A stretch of DNA of 64,000 bases from Deltaproteobacteria bacterium GWA2_45_12 (GTDB lineage: Bacteria; UBA10199), in NCBI GenBank assembly GCA_001797365.1, contig MGPH01000011.1, positions 20,402-84,401 on the forward strand. The letters run 5' to 3'. Every line of letters begins with the position of its first letter. Within the stretch, counting starts at the first letter, position 1. The position numbers were made by a program, and so were the translations under genes. Below, piece after piece: positions 1-9,950 of this stretch. The notes below the pieces were generated by a model that was not told the origin of the DNA, did not search any database, and saw only the letters and a program-made list of their open reading frames with translations.

Positions 1-40
1 TAATTGGGCCAGAGTAATGGGCGCGGCAAGCGAGCCGCCC

Positions 41-721
41 CTACAATGAATTTAAATAATATTCCGCCAATTTCAAATCATCCGGTGTTGTCACCTTGAT
101 GTTTTTGGGATCGCCTTCGACAACAAACACATCCGTCCCCATCCCTTCAACCATCATGGCTTCATCGGTTGAATTCTGGCCTAGGTCCGGATGGGACTTA
201 TACAATGCCGAAAGGATTCTGCAAGAAAAACCCTGGGGGGTTTGAGTGAGCCTTAATTGATTTCTGGGGATGGTTTTTTTAACCTTGTCCCCATCCATTT
301 CTTTTACAGTGTCACTGATAGGAACCACCGGAACCACAGCCCATTTGACTTTGGTTGCCTCAACAATTTTTTTGATGAGATCTACCGAAACCAAGGGCCT
401 CACGGCATCGTGAACAAGAACAGTATCATCGTCTTGGGAATGTAAAAACTCAAAACCCTTTTTGACGGATTCGGCACGGGTGGCTCCACCGGTGATAAAA
501 ATACATGGGTCGGGAAACCCGACCCCTACGGTAGGGGCGGGGTCGCCCCGCCCTTGGGCAGGCAAACACACCACAATCTTCTCAAACAACCCTGTTTTCA
601 CAAATGCTTCCACCGACCATTGAAAAAGGGGTTTACCTTTTAATTCCAAAAATTGTTTGCGTGTTTGGCCGCCAAAACGGATTCCCAAACCTGCAGCGGG
701 GATGATGGCGTAATTGGACAT
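41..721 (-). CDS. ispD: 2-C-methyl-D-erythritol 4-phosphate cytidylyltransferase
   Basis: 226 aa. N-terminal IIPAAGLGIRFG nucleotide-binding motif and overall collinearity with E. coli IspD (VHDAVRP, TPQ motifs). The stop codon is supplied by the CTAC end of an adjacent REP. Confidence 0.85.
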   Translation of the reverse strand: MSNYAIIPAAGLGIRFGGQTRKQFLELKGKPLFQWSVEAFVKTGLFEKIVVCLPAQGRGDPAPTVGVGFPDPCIFITGGATRAESVKKGFEFLHSQDDDTVLVHDAVRPLVSVDLIKKIVEATKVKWAVVPVVPISDTVKEMDGDKVKKTIPRNQLRLTQTPQGFSCRILSALYKSHPDLGQNSTDEAMMVEGMGTDVFVVEGDPKNIKVTTPDDLKLAEYYLNSL

Positions 722-810
722 TGGTTATGTAGGGGCGAATCTTGCCTGCCCGCCTCTGGAGGGTATTCGCCCTTGTAGGGGCACGTTGAAGGGCGATCAC
801 AAGGATCGCC
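722..810. repeat. REP-type palindromic repeat cluster, family A (GTAGGGGCG...CGCCCCTAC)
   Basis: GTAGGGGCGAATCTTG.../...CAAGGATCGCCCCTAC. Related copies at 19-44, 1399-1490, 2950-3008, 12520-12580, 13560-13600, 14290-14350, 25830-25895, 28290-28320, 30090-30115, 31053-31079, 36590-36665 and 48745-48880. Confidence 0.85.
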
Positions 811-811
811 C

Positions 812-1396
812 CTACCTCAAAAAATTCCTCAAAATATCCTTCCCCACCTTTGTTAAAATGGATTCAGGATGAAACTGCACCCCTTCCACACGGTGCTGCT
901 TGTGGCGCACGGCCATAATTTCCCCTTCCTTGGTGGTGGCAGAAATTTCCAATACATCGGGCATCGATTCCGGACGAATCACCAAAGAATGATATCTCGT
1001 TGCCACAAAGGGATTTTCAATTCCTTCAAAAATGGTTTTATTGTCGTGTTTTATTTGCGACGTTTTTCCATGCATCACGCGCGCGGCACGGACAATTTCC
1101 CCTCCAAAAGCAGCGCCAATGGACTGATGCCCCAAACAAACCCCCAAAATGGGAATCATCCCGGTAAATTCTTTGATGAGCGGCACAGAAATACCCGCTT
1201 CTTTCGGGGTACATGGGCCGGGAGAAATGACGATCCATTTTGGATTCATTCCCCGGATATCAGCCAGAGTACATTCGTCATTTCTGAAAACACGAATCTC
1301 CTTTTCGGGGTTTTGTCCTGCATCCTGTAAAATTTCCCCAAAATACTGGACCAGGTTATAGGTAAACGAATCGTAATTATCGATGATTAATAACAT
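812..1396 (-). CDS. trpG: anthranilate synthase component II / glutamine amidotransferase (TrpG/PabA type)
   Basis: 194 aa class-I GATase. Motifs [21 protein letters not shown] catalytic Cys, HPES. Immediately downstream of trpE. Confidence 0.8.
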   Translation of the reverse strand: MLLIIDNYDSFTYNLVQYFGEILQDAGQNPEKEIRVFRNDECTLADIRGMNPKWIVISPGPCTPKEAGISVPLIKEFTGMIPILGVCLGHQSIGAAFGGEIVRAARVMHGKTSQIKHDNKTIFEGIENPFVATRYHSLVIRPESMPDVLEISATTKEGEIMAVRHKQHRVEGVQFHPESILTKVGKDILRNFLR

Positions 1397-1445
1397 AATT
1401 GTACGGACGAACCTTGCCTGCCCGCCTCAGGAGGGTGTTCGCCCA

Positions 1446-2945
1446 TCAATATTGGCCCATCACGGGCGAACACAAGGTTCGCCCGTACACGTTTTCTAAA
1501 GCCTTTAAAACCCCCCGGGCCTTGTTCTGGCATTCCTTATACTCCAGGCGCGCATCCGAATTAAAAACAATACCGGCGCCCGCTTGAACATAAACTTTCT
1601 TTCCCTTGAAAAAAGCCGTGCGGATGGCAATGGCCGTGTCGCAATTTCCATTAAACCCGATATACCCAACACATCCCCCATAAACCCCACGACGCAAGCC
1701 CTCAAGCTCTTCGATAATTTCCATGGCCCTTATTTTAGGCGCCCCTGTCAGTGTCCCAGCAGGAAAGGTGGCACGGATAAGATCATAGGCATCCCTGCCT
1801 TTTTTTAGCATTCCTGAGACATGCGAAACCAAGTGCATCACATGCGAATACCGCTCCACAATTTCCAACTCATCCACGGTGACACTGCCTATTTCACACA
1901 CCCGTCCCAAATCATTGCGGCCAAGGTCAACCAGCATGATGTGCTCGGCACGTTCTTTGGGATCTTCTCTTAATTCTTCTTCGAGTTCGAGATCCTCTTT
2001 TTCGGTATATCCACGTCTGCGCGTACCTGCAATGGGCCGGAGTTCGGCTCTTTTTCCTTCAAGACGCACCATCACTTCAGGAGAAGCCCCTACCACGGCC
2101 AGATCATCAAAATGTAAAAAGTAAAGGTAAGGGGAAGGATTTAATCGCCTGAGTACGCGATAAAGTTCAAAAGGATCAATGTCCGTTTTAGCTTCGTACC
2201 TCGTAGACAACACCACCTGGAAAACATCTCCTGCCTTGATATACTCACGCGCTTTTTCAACCATGCCCATGAACTCTTTTTCGGTGTGCCTGACACGCGG
2301 GGTTTCCGGGGTTGTCTTCTTCTTTTTGGAAACAGAAGGGATGGGCTTTCTTAATTGGCGAACGAGGGTTTCAATCTTTACACAGGCTTTTTGATACAAG
2401 CCTTTAACAGAAGTCCCATCAAGATAAATATTCACCACAATTTTGATGGTCTGTTTAAAATTATCAAACATTAAAAGCGTATCTGCGATCACAAAAAAAG
2501 CTTCTTCCACGCCAAGGTCATCTAAACTTGCTTCTTTGATTTTTTCAAATGAACGGACAACATCATAACTCAAAAAACCCACCGCTCCCCCAAAAAAACG
2601 GGGCAAACCGGGAACTTCAACCGGTTTAAAAGGTTTCATCACCTCTTTGACTGCCGATAAGGGATCCCCAGAAATTGTTTGAACCGTCTTTTTCTTCCCC
2701 GATAAAAGAGTCAATTGGTCGTTACGAACCTTAAGAACCATTCGTGGATTAGTTCCCAGAAAACTGTACTGCCCCCATTTTTCTCCCCCTGTGGCACTTT
2801 CAAGCAAAAAATCATATTTTCCGGAACGAATTTTTAAAAAAGCAGACACAGGAGTATCAAGATCGGCCGGGATTTCGGCATACAAAGGGATGAGATTCCC
2901 TTTTTTGGCTAATGTTTGAAATTCTTGGAGTGTAAGAGAAAACAT
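1446..2945 (-). CDS. trpE: anthranilate synthase component I
   Basis: 499 aa chorismate-binding enzyme (LLESA..GG..GRYSF-like, GAGIV). Its last ~15 codons are encoded by a REP element at 1446-1490. Confidence 0.85.
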   Translation of the reverse strand: MFSLTLQEFQTLAKKGNLIPLYAEIPADLDTPVSAFLKIRSGKYDFLLESATGGEKWGQYSFLGTNPRMVLKVRNDQLTLLSGKKKTVQTISGDPLSAVKEVMKPFKPVEVPGLPRFFGGAVGFLSYDVVRSFEKIKEASLDDLGVEEAFFVIADTLLMFDNFKQTIKIVVNIYLDGTSVKGLYQKACVKIETLVRQLRKPIPSVSKKKKTTPETPRVRHTEKEFMGMVEKAREYIKAGDVFQVVLSTRYEAKTDIDPFELYRVLRRLNPSPYLYFLHFDDLAVVGASPEVMVRLEGKRAELRPIAGTRRRGYTEKEDLELEEELREDPKERAEHIMLVDLGRNDLGRVCEIGSVTVDELEIVERYSHVMHLVSHVSGMLKKGRDAYDLIRATFPAGTLTGAPKIRAMEIIEELEGLRRGVYGGCVGYIGFNGNCDTAIAIRTAFFKGKKVYVQAGAGIVFNSDARLEYKECQNKARGVLKALENVYGRTLCSPVMGQY

Positions 2946-3008
2946 AAAACCGTACCCGTACGGGCGAACCTTGCCTGCCCGCCTCAGGAGGGTGTTCGCC
3001 CCTTGTAT

Positions 3009-3947
3009 CTACATCCGTTTCAAATAAAATTCATTCGAGTACTGCACCTTGCCATCAATGGTTTCAAGTTTCCACCGAAATTTGCCGTAGGGAAGAACCA
3101 GCTCTGTGGGGTGCATCCAAACCGTATCAACCCTTTCTTGCATACGCCCCAAAGCTTTCATAGGAAGAGTATATTGGGATTGCACCAAACCCAAATTTTG
3201 CGACAGGCCATTTCTGACAACCAAATCGCCGGAGGGAAACCATTTCCCCCTAAAAAAATGTTCCAGCCCCATTTTTTCCCTCACGGAAATTTGTTCGGGA
3301 TTGGTGACAGTAAGGTTCTGAATCTGCCCATCAAAATAAAATAAATAATCCGTCTTCAAATCAAGGGAACATTCCTTATTAAACTCCCCAATATCAGTTC
3401 GATCCGTAAATTCATTTTCCTGCCAGGTATGCACACGCCCCACATCCACATGCACCATCAAAAGATCAGGATAATACCCTACCCCGCCCCGGCCAAGCCT
3501 GCGGACATAATTCACCAATTTTTTCTCGGTGATTTCATCCATGTGAATATCAGAGGCCATCCCCTTTGTGTGATAACTGTTTTTGGCAACATTACGGCCT
3601 TCCGCCCGAAGAGCCTCGTTAAATTCAGGACGCCGATACCCGCTGATAATTTCAAGCGTATCCACTCCAAAGTGATCTGCTAAATGGTCCAAAAGATGAA
3701 TCAAATCCAGGTTCATTCCTGCCACTTCTGCATTATCACGGGAACGTAAAAACTGGCTGACCCTTTTAACAGCCTCTGGATTGGGGACATGATCTTTCTC
3801 ATAGGCAATTTCTAAGGTTTCGTTTAAATGAAAGTTATAAAGCCTCAAGAACCCATCATGTTTTAATTCTGAAGCCTGAGCACTAAAAGACATGATTAAA
3901 ATCAAGAGGTTAATAAAAATGGCCCGGGTATTGACAATGTGCGTCAT
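3009..3947 (-). CDS. peptidase M15A / DUF882 (YcbK/MepK-like) protein with signal peptide and C-terminal extension
   Basis: SGYRRPEFN...HTKGMASDIHMD zinc-peptidase motifs typical of DUF882. Start placed at Met-8 of the listed ORF (MTHIVN..., a hydrophobic signal-like stretch). Confidence 0.6.
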   Translation of the reverse strand: MTHIVNTRAIFINLLILIMSFSAQASELKHDGFLRLYNFHLNETLEIAYEKDHVPNPEAVKRVSQFLRSRDNAEVAGMNLDLIHLLDHLADHFGVDTLEIISGYRRPEFNEALRAEGRNVAKNSYHTKGMASDIHMDEITEKKLVNYVRRLGRGGVGYYPDLLMVHVDVGRVHTWQENEFTDRTDIGEFNKECSLDLKTDYLFYFDGQIQNLTVTNPEQISVREKMGLEHFFRGKWFPSGDLVVRNGLSQNLGLVQSQYTLPMKALGRMQERVDTVWMHPTELVLPYGKFRWKLETIDGKVQYSNEFYLKRM

Positions 3948-4095
3948 ATCGATTATGAGCCTTACCACTTTCTCAAAGTTTTGACTCTTAAAGTGTGAAA
4001 GTACTCATTTTTGTAGCGCATTAAAATAAAAAAATGCCACTTCTCTATAAACAAAAAGCCCTTTATAATTTAACAATCCTTTCATTTCAATTTAT

Positions 4096-5982
4096 ATGAA
4101 TCCAACTCCTACAAATAAACATTTGGAAGAAAAAGATGAGGTCGTCATTCGTTTATGTGGCGACTCCGGTGACGGTATGCAAATAACCGGCAACCGTTTC
4201 ACTGAAACATCCGCCGTCCTGGGAAACGATTTAGCCACTTTCCCCGACTATCCTGCTGAAATCAGGGCTCCTGCAGGGAGCCTGTTCGGTGTTTCCGGCT
4301 TTCAAATCCACTTTTCCTCCAAAGAAATTCGTACCGCAGGGGATGCCCCCGATGTCTTGGTGGCCATGAATCCCGCCGCCCTCAAAACAAACTTAAAAGA
4401 TCTTAAAAAAAAGGGGATGCTCATCCTTAATTTGAATGCCTTCACTGAAGATAATTTAAAGCTGGCCAATTATTCGTCCAACCCACTCGAAGACGGCAGC
4501 TTGAACGATTACGAACTCTATAAAGTCCCCATGACCTTGCTTACTGAAGAAGCACTTAAAGACTCCGGCCTTACCAAAAAAGACATGGCTCGTTGCAAAA
4601 ATTTCTTTGCCCTGGGGCTTATGTATTGGCTCTATCAACGCCCCTTGGACATCACCCTGGATTGGATTGACAAAAAATTCAAATCAAAACCCGAAATCGT
4701 CGATGCCAATAAAAAAGTTCTGAAAAGTGGTTATTATTTTGGCGAAACCACAGAAATTTTTAAATGTTGCTATAAAGTCTCCAAAGCCAAACTCACTCCA
4801 GGCACTTATCGCAATATCACCGGGAACGAAGCCACAGCTCTTGGGTTTATTGCCGCTTCTCAACTGGCCAACAAACCCCTTATCTATTGTAGTTATCCCA
4901 TTACACCCGCTTCCGATATTTTACATGAACTCTCCCGTCATAAAAATTTTGATATCAAAACATGCCAGGCCGAAGATGAAATTGCCGCCATGGGCATGGC
5001 CTTGGGCGTTGCCTTTGCCGGGGGTTTGGGCCTTACCGGCACAAGTGGCCCGGGGCTTGCCTTAAAAAGTGAAGCCTTAAGTTTGGCCATTATGATGGAA
5101 CTTCCCCTTGTGGTCATTAATGTTCAACGGGGGGGGCCATCAACGGGGCTTCCAACCAAAACCGAACAAGCCGATCTGTTTCAGGCCCTTTATGGAAGAC
5201 ATGGCGAAGCTCCCTTGGCGGTTATTGCACCAGCAACACCGGCCGAATGTTTTAGCTTGGCCATCGAAGCCGTTCGTCTATCCATTCAATACATGACCCC
5301 CGTTATTTTCCTTTCCGATGGCTATCTGGCCAATGGTGCTGAACCCTGGAATATTCCTCCCCTGGCTTCCCTTAATCCCATTGTGATTAAACACCCCACT
5401 CAGGCAGACAAATTTCAACCCTACCTCCGCGAGCCGGAAACCCTCGCACGTCCTTGGGCCATTCCCGGTACTCCCGGCTTGGAACACAGAATCGGCGGCA
5501 TTGAAAAGCAGGATATCACCGGGAATATCAGTTATGATCCTGTCAATCACGAGCACATGGTGCACTTACGTGCCGAAAAAATTGGGCGTATCGCTCAAAG
5601 CATTCCTTTAGCCCAGGTTTTTGGAAAAGAATCCGGTGACGTTCTTGTCATCGGTTGGGGGGGGACCTTTGGGGCCATTACCACCGCAGTGGAAACTCTT
5701 CAAAGAGAGGGCCTATCTATTTCAAGCCTTCATTTGCGCTTTTTAAATCCTTTCCCCGCCAATCTCGGGGATGTTCTCTCAAGGTTTAAAAAAATCATCG
5801 TGGCCGAACTCAATACGGGACAGCTAGCCCAGGTATTACGTGGTCAATTCACCGTTGATATAAAATCACTTACCAAAATTCAGGGAAGACCGTTTAATGT
5901 GAAGGAAGTTGTCGACGGGATTCGTACCATTCTCAACGAAGGAAACAATCAATGGAAACTCAAAAAAGCAGTGTCCAACTAA
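4096..5982 (+). CDS. korA: 2-oxoglutarate/2-oxoacid:ferredoxin oxidoreductase alpha subunit (fused gamma-alpha)
   Basis: 628 aa. N-terminal POR gamma-like domain (CGDSGDGMQ), then pyruvate-flavodoxin oxidoreductase core domains. Followed by a TPP-binding beta subunit. Confidence 0.8.
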   Translation: MNPTPTNKHLEEKDEVVIRLCGDSGDGMQITGNRFTETSAVLGNDLATFPDYPAEIRAPAGSLFGVSGFQIHFSSKEIRTAGDAPDVLVAMNPAALKTNLKDLKKKGMLILNLNAFTEDNLKLANYSSNPLEDGSLNDYELYKVPMTLLTEEALKDSGLTKKDMARCKNFFALGLMYWLYQRPLDITLDWIDKKFKSKPEIVDANKKVLKSGYYFGETTEIFKCCYKVSKAKLTPGTYRNITGNEATALGFIAASQLANKPLIYCSYPITPASDILHELSRHKNFDIKTCQAEDEIAAMGMALGVAFAGGLGLTGTSGPGLALKSEALSLAIMMELPLVVINVQRGGPSTGLPTKTEQADLFQALYGRHGEAPLAVIAPATPAECFSLAIEAVRLSIQYMTPVIFLSDGYLANGAEPWNIPPLASLNPIVIKHPTQADKFQPYLREPETLARPWAIPGTPGLEHRIGGIEKQDITGNISYDPVNHEHMVHLRAEKIGRIAQSIPLAQVFGKESGDVLVIGWGGTFGAITTAVETLQREGLSISSLHLRFLNPFPANLGDVLSRFKKIIVAELNTGQLAQVLRGQFTVDIKSLTKIQGRPFNVKEVVDGIRTILNEGNNQWKLKKAVSN

Positions 5983-6974
5983 CCAAAAAAGATTTCACCT
6001 CTGATCAGGATGTGCGTTGGTGCCCCGGTTGCGGTGACTATGCCATCTTGGCTTTCATGCAACGCGTTCTACCAACCTTGGGTATTCCTCGCGAAAAGTT
6101 TGTGTTTGTTTCAGGCATTGGTTGTTCCAGCCGCTTTCCATATTATATGAACACCTATGGCATGCACACCATTCATGGTCGTGCCCCTGCCATTGCCACA
6201 GGCATCAAGGTGGCCAACCCCGATCTGCAGGTGTGGGTTGTCACAGGGGATGGGGATGGCCTTTCCATTGGTGGAAACCACCTCATTCATGCGCTCCGTC
6301 GGAATGTAGACTTGAAAATTCTCTTGTTTAACAACCGCATTTATGGGCTGACCAAAGGGCAATATTCCCCCACCTCCGAGCAGGGGAAAAAGACAAAGTC
6401 GACTCCCCATGGGTCGGTGGACTATCCCTTAAATCCCCTTTCCATTGCTTTGGCTTCAGAAGCCACTTTTGTTGCCCGTTCGGTTGATTCCAATGCAAAA
6501 CACTTAACTGAAGTTTTAACACGCATGGCCCATCACAAAGGAAGTGCGTTTGTTGAAATTCTTCAAAACTGTATTGTTTTTAATGATGGCGCTTTTGACG
6601 ATGCCACAAACCCTGAAGTCCGCGATGACAATGTCTTGATCCTTAAACACGGCAACCCAATGATCTTTGGAAAAACCAAAAACAAGGGCATCAAACAAAA
6701 TGGGATGAATTTGGAAGTGGTCACCCTTGGTGAAAACGGCATTACCGAAAAAGATCTTGTCGTGCATGATGAATTTTTACCCACTTCCTCGTTGGCCTAT
6801 GTTCTTGCCCAAATGGAAAGACCCACCGCCCCCATCCCCATGGGGATATTCCGGTCCATCCAAAAACCCACTTACGAGACAATGATCCATCAACAAGTCG
6901 AACGGGCCCATTCAAAAGGAAAGGGAAACCTGGAAAAACTTATCCATGGTGAAAATACGTGGGTGGTGAATTGA
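5952..6974 (+). CDS. korB: 2-oxoglutarate:ferredoxin oxidoreductase beta subunit (TPP-binding)
   Basis: 340 aa with WCPGCGDY and GDGD..IGGNH TPP-binding motifs. Overlaps korA by 31 nt, suggesting translational coupling. Confidence 0.8.
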   Translation: METQKSSVQLTKKDFTSDQDVRWCPGCGDYAILAFMQRVLPTLGIPREKFVFVSGIGCSSRFPYYMNTYGMHTIHGRAPAIATGIKVANPDLQVWVVTGDGDGLSIGGNHLIHALRRNVDLKILLFNNRIYGLTKGQYSPTSEQGKKTKSTPHGSVDYPLNPLSIALASEATFVARSVDSNAKHLTEVLTRMAHHKGSAFVEILQNCIVFNDGAFDDATNPEVRDDNVLILKHGNPMIFGKTKNKGIKQNGMNLEVVTLGENGITEKDLVVHDEFLPTSSLAYVLAQMERPTAPIPMGIFRSIQKPTYETMIHQQVERAHSKGKGNLEKLIHGENTWVVN

Positions 6975-7067
6975 TGGTCAAACTGTTCAAATACTTAATA
7001 ACCCTGATTGAACAAAAAATCAGGCGTCATAAAACACGCAGGGCCCATTTAAACTTGTATGGCAAAT

Positions 7068-7238
7068 TCAAGATGTCCGACTTTGATCCTTCCGCTTTTT
7101 GATCTCTCTGGATTTAAATTCGATGCATGCGTCCCATTCTACTCGAATGGGGGAAGTTATGTCCCCAACGATGGCTTTCTTTCGAAGTTCTTTAAGCCTT
7201 TTCTGGATATTTTTCTTTTTAGGTTGGTTTACTTTCAT
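7068..7238 (-). CDS. candidate small basic protein (56 aa, MKVNQPKKKNIQKRLKELRKK...), not in ORF track because <60 aa
   Basis: Read by eye on the minus strand of the korB-tyrS spacer. Lys/Arg-rich. No recognisable family. Confidence 0.2.
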   Translation of the reverse strand: MKVNQPKKKNIQKRLKELRKKAIVGDITSPIRVEWDACIEFKSREIKKRKDQSRTS

Positions 7239-7360
7239 GGTTCGATGTTTCCTACTACACCGTCATTCCCGCGAAAGCGGGAATCCACATTGCTCAAAGA
7301 ATGGATTCCCGCTAACTGAACCCCGCATGGCGGGGTCACGTGGCGGGAATGACAAACGGG

Positions 7361-8566
7361 TCATTTAAAAAAAACCCTCTTAAACTTCCTCTTCCCCACC
7401 TGCAAAAGATACTCGCCCTTGCATTCAAGCTTCATCATGGGATCGGAAATTTTCTTTTCGTTGACTGACACCCCCCCTTGGGTGACAAGGCGTCGCGCTT
7501 CGCTATTGCTTGGGGTAAGAGAAAGTTCCGTCAAAAGAGTCTGAAGCCCCCTGGGCTCAGAAGAGACGGGCAGAGTCACCTCTTCGATATCCGAAGGCAA
7601 CCCGTGCTTAGAAAAAACCTTGGCAAATTCCTCTTCCGCTTTATCAGCTTCGGACCGGCTATGAAAACGGGCCACGATCTCTTTGGCCAAATCGGTTTTT
7701 ACTTTTTTTGGATGAAGCCCCCCACTGGTTACAGCCTGTTTCATTCCCTGTATTTCCTGCAAAGACTTTGAGCTAAGCAACTCATAATAGCACCACATCA
7801 GATCATCGGTGATGGACATGACCTTGCCAAAAATATCTTTCGGCGATTCTTTGATGCCGATGTAATTGTTGTAGGACTTGCTCATCTTTTGCACACCGTC
7901 AGTGCCTACAAGAAGCGGCATGGTCAAAACGATTTGCGGGGATTGGCCGGATCTTTTCTGAATGGTACGGCCCATGAGAAGGTTAAATTTTTGGTCCGTC
8001 CCTCCCAATTCTACATCTGCCTTGAGTACCACCGAGTCATGGGCTTGAAAGAGCGGATAGTAAAATTCGAGAATGGAGATATCATGCCCCGCCTTGAATC
8101 TTTTTTTGAAATCATCCCGTTCCAGCATGCGAGCCACCGTTTGTTTGGAACCAAGCATGGTCAATTCCATGGAAGACATTTTGTCAAACCATTCACTGTT
8201 GAAACGCACCTCGGTTTTGGCCCGATCAAGAATCTTAAAAACCTGATCTTGATACGTTTTAGAATTCTTCTGAACTTCCTCTTTCGACAATCCGGGCCTT
8301 GTTTCAGAACGCCCCGTCGGATCCCCAATGGTTGCCGTAAAATCACCGATCAGAAAAACAACCTGATGCCCCAGCTCCTGAAATTGCCGCAGTTTATGCA
8401 AAAGCACCGTATGCCCCAAATGCAAATCGGGCGCTGTTGGATCAAAGCCCGCTTTTACACGCAAGGGCTTCCCCAGTTTAAGCTTTTCGATAAGCCCTTC
8501 TTCTTCAATAAGCTCAACGACTCCCCGTTTAATAACCTCTAATTGTTTTTCAACAGAAATGGACAT
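7361..8566 (-). CDS. tyrS: tyrosyl-tRNA synthetase
   Basis: Class I aaRS with HLGH and KMSKS motifs and a C-terminal S4-like domain. Start placed at MSISVEK (Met-8 of the listed ORF). Confidence 0.85.
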   Translation of the reverse strand: MSISVEKQLEVIKRGVVELIEEEGLIEKLKLGKPLRVKAGFDPTAPDLHLGHTVLLHKLRQFQELGHQVVFLIGDFTATIGDPTGRSETRPGLSKEEVQKNSKTYQDQVFKILDRAKTEVRFNSEWFDKMSSMELTMLGSKQTVARMLERDDFKKRFKAGHDISILEFYYPLFQAHDSVVLKADVELGGTDQKFNLLMGRTIQKRSGQSPQIVLTMPLLVGTDGVQKMSKSYNNYIGIKESPKDIFGKVMSITDDLMWCYYELLSSKSLQEIQGMKQAVTSGGLHPKKVKTDLAKEIVARFHSRSEADKAEEEFAKVFSKHGLPSDIEEVTLPVSSEPRGLQTLLTELSLTPSNSEARRLVTQGGVSVNEKKISDPMMKLECKGEYLLQVGKRKFKRVFFK

Positions 8567-8766
8567 AATTTCTCTCCCAATATTCATCCCCCTTTTCCGC
8601 CGAAGGACGGATCAGTCCTTTGGCTGAAAAAAAGGGGGACAAAGGGGGATTTGTTCCCGTGCGTGCTTGCCTTCGAACCTTTAAATATAAACCGGAAACG
8701 GAGATGGGCCCAAATCCCCCCTACCCCCCTTTTTTAAAGGGGGAATGCATCCTCTAAAAAGCCTCT

Positions 8767-9318
8767 TCAAAAAACATATTCCTTCTTTTCAGTCATCACA
8801 TATTGCAATCGGCAATCCCACAAATCAATGGGGATGCTTGGGATCATTTGAAATTCATAAGCCAGGCCCATGGTGGCCCCTGTAAATGAAGTCAAAAAAC
8901 GGTCATAAAAACCCCGGCCATAACCCAGACGAAATCCTTGCGAACTAAACCCGATACCGGGAATGATCACCAAATCCAAACGGGTATTGGGAGGCAAAGT
9001 CACACAACCATGTTTGGGTTCCAAAACCCCCCACGCTCCTTTTTGTAAATCAGCAGGGTCATTAACTTCATAATATTGAACTCCTTGTTCCACACGGGGG
9101 AAATAGACATTTTTGGCTTCTTCCAGCGCCTTGGTAAACAGGAAACGCGTTTCGACCTCATTTTTAACAGGAGAATAAAGCCCCACGCGCTGGGCCTTTT
9201 TCCACAAGGGAAGCAATACAATTTTTTCCTGGATAGTCAAACTGAGGCTGTGAACCCGCTCAAGGCTTAAGGCCAGTCTTTCTTCGAGAATTTTCTTCCT
9301 GAGTTGGTCTTTGGTCAT
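8767..9318 (-). CDS. ygfA: 5-formyltetrahydrofolate cyclo-ligase
   Basis: 183 aa with MTHFS motif GYGRGFYDRFL. Classical position downstream of ssrS and zapA. Confidence 0.75.
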   Translation of the reverse strand: MTKDQLRKKILEERLALSLERVHSLSLTIQEKIVLLPLWKKAQRVGLYSPVKNEVETRFLFTKALEEAKNVYFPRVEQGVQYYEVNDPADLQKGAWGVLEPKHGCVTLPPNTRLDLVIIPGIGFSSQGFRLGYGRGFYDRFLTSFTGATMGLAYEFQMIPSIPIDLWDCRLQYVMTEKKEYVF

Positions 9319-9329
9319 GTCCTACTAGT

Positions 9330-9520
9330 GGCTAGAAAAAACCCCACCATAAGTCGTGAGAAGCTTATCTTGAACCTTAACTAATTAAGGTGGAACCCGT
9401 TATTACCTCTTTAGGCTTCCTCACAAGGAGGCATGCTCACCAAGGTAAGAGATGGACCCCGTTTTGTCATTGTAAGTTCAAAAAATAATGACGTTCACCA
9501 CGAACCAGGCAGGGTTTGTT
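9330..9520 (-). ncRNA. ssrS: putative 6S RNA (ssrS)
   Basis: ~190-nt non-coding gap between zapA stop (9527) and ygfA start (9318) on the same strand. This is the conserved zapA-ssrS-ygfA synteny. On the minus strand the gap ends in GGTGGGGTTTTTT. Secondary structure not verified. Confidence 0.45.
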
Positions 9521-9526
9521 AAAATT

Positions 9527-9814
9527 TTACCTCAACGAAGTTTCCACACGTCGAATCAAATCATCAATCGTCAAAGCCCACTGATTTAAATTATCAGCCT
9601 GTTTTTCTTTAAGACTGACAAAATCATCAGCAATATTTAAGGCAGCCAGAATGGCAACATTGGCTGTTGAGATAGCCTTGTTCTGAGAAACAATCTCATG
9701 CATTTTTCTGTTTACATAATCAGAAACCTTTTTCACATGCTTTTCAGTGGCTTCACTTTTGATGTTAAACTTTTGATTCAAAATGGTTAGATCGTAGGAT
9801 TTTTTTTCTGTCAT
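9527..9814 (-). CDS. zapA: cell division protein ZapA
   Basis: 95 aa from MTEKKSYDLTILNQKFNIKSEA (typical ZapA N-terminus), with a coiled-coil C-terminus. Synteny with ssrS/ygfA. Confidence 0.7.
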   Translation of the reverse strand: MTEKKSYDLTILNQKFNIKSEATEKHVKKVSDYVNRKMHEIVSQNKAISTANVAILAALNIADDFVSLKEKQADNLNQWALTIDDLIRRVETSLR

Positions 9815-9950
9815 GGGGAAATTCCTATAATTTTGCTTGTCCTTCAAGTCAAGAAAAATCACCAAAAATTAGGATGTTAACCAAAAAGCCTCAATTGGAA
9901 CATGACATTATTTTATTAATGTCAATTATCCAACTATCTCCAAATAAGAA

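Noticed and set aside
7059-7368. Plus-strand ORFs 7059-7319 and 7099-7368 in the korB-tyrS spacer
   Set aside because: They overlap each other, are largely encoded by family-D REP sequence, and have low-complexity composition. Judged spurious.
8588-8766. T-box riboswitch leader upstream of tyrS
   Set aside because: I searched the minus strand of the leader for the conserved T-box core (AATTAGGGTGGNACCGCG) and found nothing resembling it.
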